A stretch of 62,308 nucleotides of DNA, counting the filler, from Sphacelaria rigidula (lineage: Eukaryota): NCBI GenBank assembly GCA_964200075.2. It is 9 parts of 9 records of this genome, joined end to end, with 100 filler letters (N's around TTAATTAATTAA, not from the genome) between each part and the next. Parts side by side here need not be neighbours in the genome. Positions count along the whole stretch, not along the records: positions 55,475 to 62,308 come from CAXNAA020017849.1; 8 more parts are not named here. The stretch is one strand, 5' to 3'. Positions 59,431-62,308 of this stretch are shown piece after piece. Positions within the stretch are counted from its first letter, which is position 1. Every line of letters begins with the position of its first letter. The position numbers and the translations under genes were made by a program. The notes beneath the pieces are model-generated. The model did no database searches and had not been told where the DNA came from. It worked only from the letters and a program-made list of their open reading frames with translations.

Positions 59431-61127
59431 ACTTGATAAGGTTTACTACTACTCGTGTGGGAGTGGGTGAGAGGCTCACCAGGACACTTGGCGAGTATGC
59501 CGGAGAAGGGATGTTGCTGGTGTGCCACGACTTTACCGGAAGCCGTATCTTCCCACCGCACGCACACAGGCACTGGGAGTTGAGCAGACCTTGCTTGTTC
59601 GCCCGGTCGCCCGATAGTCCACTATACGACCCCTCCTCGACTTCCTCGACTAACGCTCAATACCACCTCGGCCTACGCCAAAACCCGAGTCCACGCACTA
59701 AGCTCAAAGTGTAACGGGAAGCTTGCAGGTTAGACAAACCATTGAAGAAGTGCGTTGCGATGTGGATCGCTTTTACTGTTTGCTACCCATGGACGAACTA
59801 GTATTCCATTTCACCTGGCTGCGCATGTCGTGCGTCACTGACTGCCGCGATGTCATGATCGCAGCCGGCTCGGAAGGAGGTCTTGAATTTCACCAAGGTG
59901 GTAGTGAAGACCTTGGGGAACGTGAGCGACCTTCCAGTAATGCTGCAAAAGGTACGTGCTCGCGAAGTGAAACATCGTTGTGCCTGTGACAACAATCAAC
60001 ATGCGTCTTGTTGCAATCGCTTGACGGCTACACAGTTTAGATAGGTGATAAGCAACAACATTGCTTTTTTATGTTTGCACGCTTCGTGTTGAGTCTTGTA
60101 TTTCTTGTGTTGGACCAGATCGTAGCGAGTGGGTGTGGGGCAAGGCCGGAGGTGTGCATCGTAACGGCAGCTGCAACCGCAGTCTAGTGTGTGCGTGTGT
60201 GTGTGTCTGTCTGTCTATCATATTTCTCTACAGTGAGTAGACATATCTCGCCTGGCGGCATCGCCATCATAAGGCTGTAGGCCTGAATGAGACTTTTGAT
60301 TATGACACCCCCCTCCTTCCCGCCGCTGCTCCGTCTCGAAAGGGATGCGTGGTCAATGGTCAAACGGCCGAGGCAAGCAACACATGAAAACGCCCGCCCC
60401 TCCCCCCCCACTCCCTACCGGCTTTGTAGGGATGCGAGGTCAATGGTCTCATAACTATGGCATGCATGATCACGAGTACACCCCATCCGCCACCCCTGTC
60501 ACCCTCCGGCACACTGCAGCTCCCGACGAGGGAGTACTTTGCCTTTCAAGACAACAACAAGCATACGGATGATGTGTCCCTGGGTTTCTATCTTTCTCCC
60601 TTTCTCTGCCTTGTTATTGCCTTTCTGCATTTCTGCCTTGCTGCCTGCCCGCGTGCGCCGCCAATCCATCCATTCCTCTCTCTCGGTATCAAACTCTCGC
60701 CATATATCGCCCGTACGCGCGCACTTTCCAGAGTTTGACCGATGTCTGCGAGTTCAGCTGCCAGGAAATGGTGAACCCTTGCGCAACCTGCAGGATGAAA
60801 GCCAACATGAAGGTGAAGGGATCGTGTGTATGTAAACGATTCAGCCAACCTACACGAGAGTAGTGGCGCCGGGGGCTAGTCTCGAGGTGACTGGTACACT
60901 CAATGTATAGTGCAGCAGCATACAGGTGCTTAAATTTCAATGTACTCGAGTAGAGGAGAAAGTGTGGGCCACCAAGTGCTCCACGACTCACAGGTTCACG
61001 TGTTCTAGTAAACGTTTACACCTATGCTGCTAGGTACTATGTACTTGTATCGCGTAACACCGTAGCCGGTCGACCGTCCCAAAGCGCCCCAGAAACATAC
61101 TCTGAACGTACAAACAGACACTCGTAC

Positions 61128-61289
61128 TTGCCGCAGATCAACTTGTAACTCTGCTTCTGCCGAATCTGGAGTCGAAGTTGTCGTTTTGCCTTCTGCTGAA
61201 CGTTCCGTGTTCCCCGCCTCGCTTCCTGCCAACAAGCAGATGCACGTGAACGCCCCAAAGACCAGCACGATTGAGCGGGCGCCCGACAT
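61128..61289 (-). CDS. Possible first exon of a secreted eukaryotic protein
   Basis: MSGARSIVLVFGAFTCICLLAGSEA looks like a signal peptide; donor caa|gtacga; a candidate next exon VAQGFTISWQLNSQTSVKLWK follows a cctgcag acceptor near 60789. Confidence 0.4.
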
Positions 61290-62308
61290 ACTCCCGATCT
61301 TGCTCGGACGCTTCGAGGCGCAGATGTCGGGGTGAGATACGGACAGTTTTCAAACAGAAACGAGCACGAGTACAGCCAACGTCGCTGAGGCAACGTGATG
61401 ATATCGACCGTATTCCGCCATGCACGCATGACACGGCGTATCCCGTCACTCCAGCCTACACCGAGAAGTCGACACGTTGGTAGCATGTATTCCCATGAGC
61501 AATGTGGCAACGGCGTCTAGGTGCATCCCAAACCACGGTGTACTTAGTGCAGGGTGCTGTGATTTGTCGGCCGCACGCTTCTCGAGTGGGCGTCCTTCAC
61601 AACTTACCAGAGACTTCGTAATACGAAACGAAATACAGCTCAGTTCGAAGGTAACACTCGGATCCGATTTTCAGAGCCCGCGACGGTGCGTAACATCCAT
61701 CCCGCGTATCAGCAGCTCCATATTCACCGTCATCACGCTCACTTTTCTTCTGCCGCGCGCCCACAATTTAGGTCCGGCGCTTGGGCATGCAACAAGCTCC
61801 TTGAGGAAGTCAACTTCCCACTCAACGGACTTGCTTTCGGCGATTCGGCGAACGAGTCGACAGCAGCAGCACCAGAGAGTGAGTAACGCCCTAACGGGAA
61901 CGGTAGTGCGCTGTGGTCCACATTTGTCGATGGTTGCTGGGGATTGTTTTCGTCATGTCTGAGTAAACGCTCCCACCGGGAATATCCAAGGGCTTGTTCT
62001 GCAACATATTTTTCTGGTGTCGAACACGTACCCATCTGTGTCGGGGCGCGCACTCGCTGTGTTTCTCCCCGCACTCTCTCAACGAGTCATCTACAAATTT
62101 TGACCTTTCACTAATGGCGATCAGCGGATAGCGAGGCCACGCTGCCGTAGCACCCTTCGATTGTGCATCGGGGTGCGCAGACGTTGCCAGGCGAAAGGAT
62201 TTAGACAAGTATGCTTCTCCCGCCAGCAAGAGGTGTATCCCTGGGAAGGCCTGGTGAATATCTCGAGAATCGATGCATATTTTGTGGTCGGCAACAGCGC
62301 AGTTCAGG

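Noticed and set aside
59865-60815. Plus-strand micro-exon chain (PARKEVLNFTKVVVKTLGNVSDLPVMLQK / IVASGCGARPE / EMVNPCATCRMKANMK)
   Set aside because: Splice signals are plausible, but equally plausible minus-strand exons overlap them and no homology is recognisable; not resolvable without RNA-seq.

Overview
This window is not one locus. It is nine unrelated contigs of near-identical length (6835, 6835, then 6834 bp x7) joined by artificial 100-bp spacers (44 N + TTAATTAATTAA + 44 N), i.e. a size-sorted pseudo-scaffold. Eight contigs are repeat-rich eukaryotic DNA whose repeat content and intron style suggest a brown alga or other stramenopile (inference). They hold decayed RTE-type and other APE-LINEs, two copies of one Ty3/gypsy family (WLDD RT motif, CCCH finger in gag), a copia-like gag, a chromodomain LTR remnant, a tRNA-derived SINE family, several MITEs, tandem repeats and a few isolated exons, including a probable S8 subtilase exon. 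Contig 8 (48541-55374) is high-GC, gene-dense bacterial DNA, probably an actinobacterial epibiont or contaminant. It carries part of a biosynthetic cluster: a RedM/PltF-like stand-alone adenylation enzyme, a carrier protein and a RedW/PltE-like dehydrogenase (pyrrole-2-carbonyl starter cassette). The first two are translationally coupled to an NRPS C-A module. Its Asn-type A domain is interrupted after motif A8 by a Cys-rich SGGKDS PP-loop domain, as in albicidin AlbIV and cystobactamid CysH. This combination is the most interesting feature of the window.
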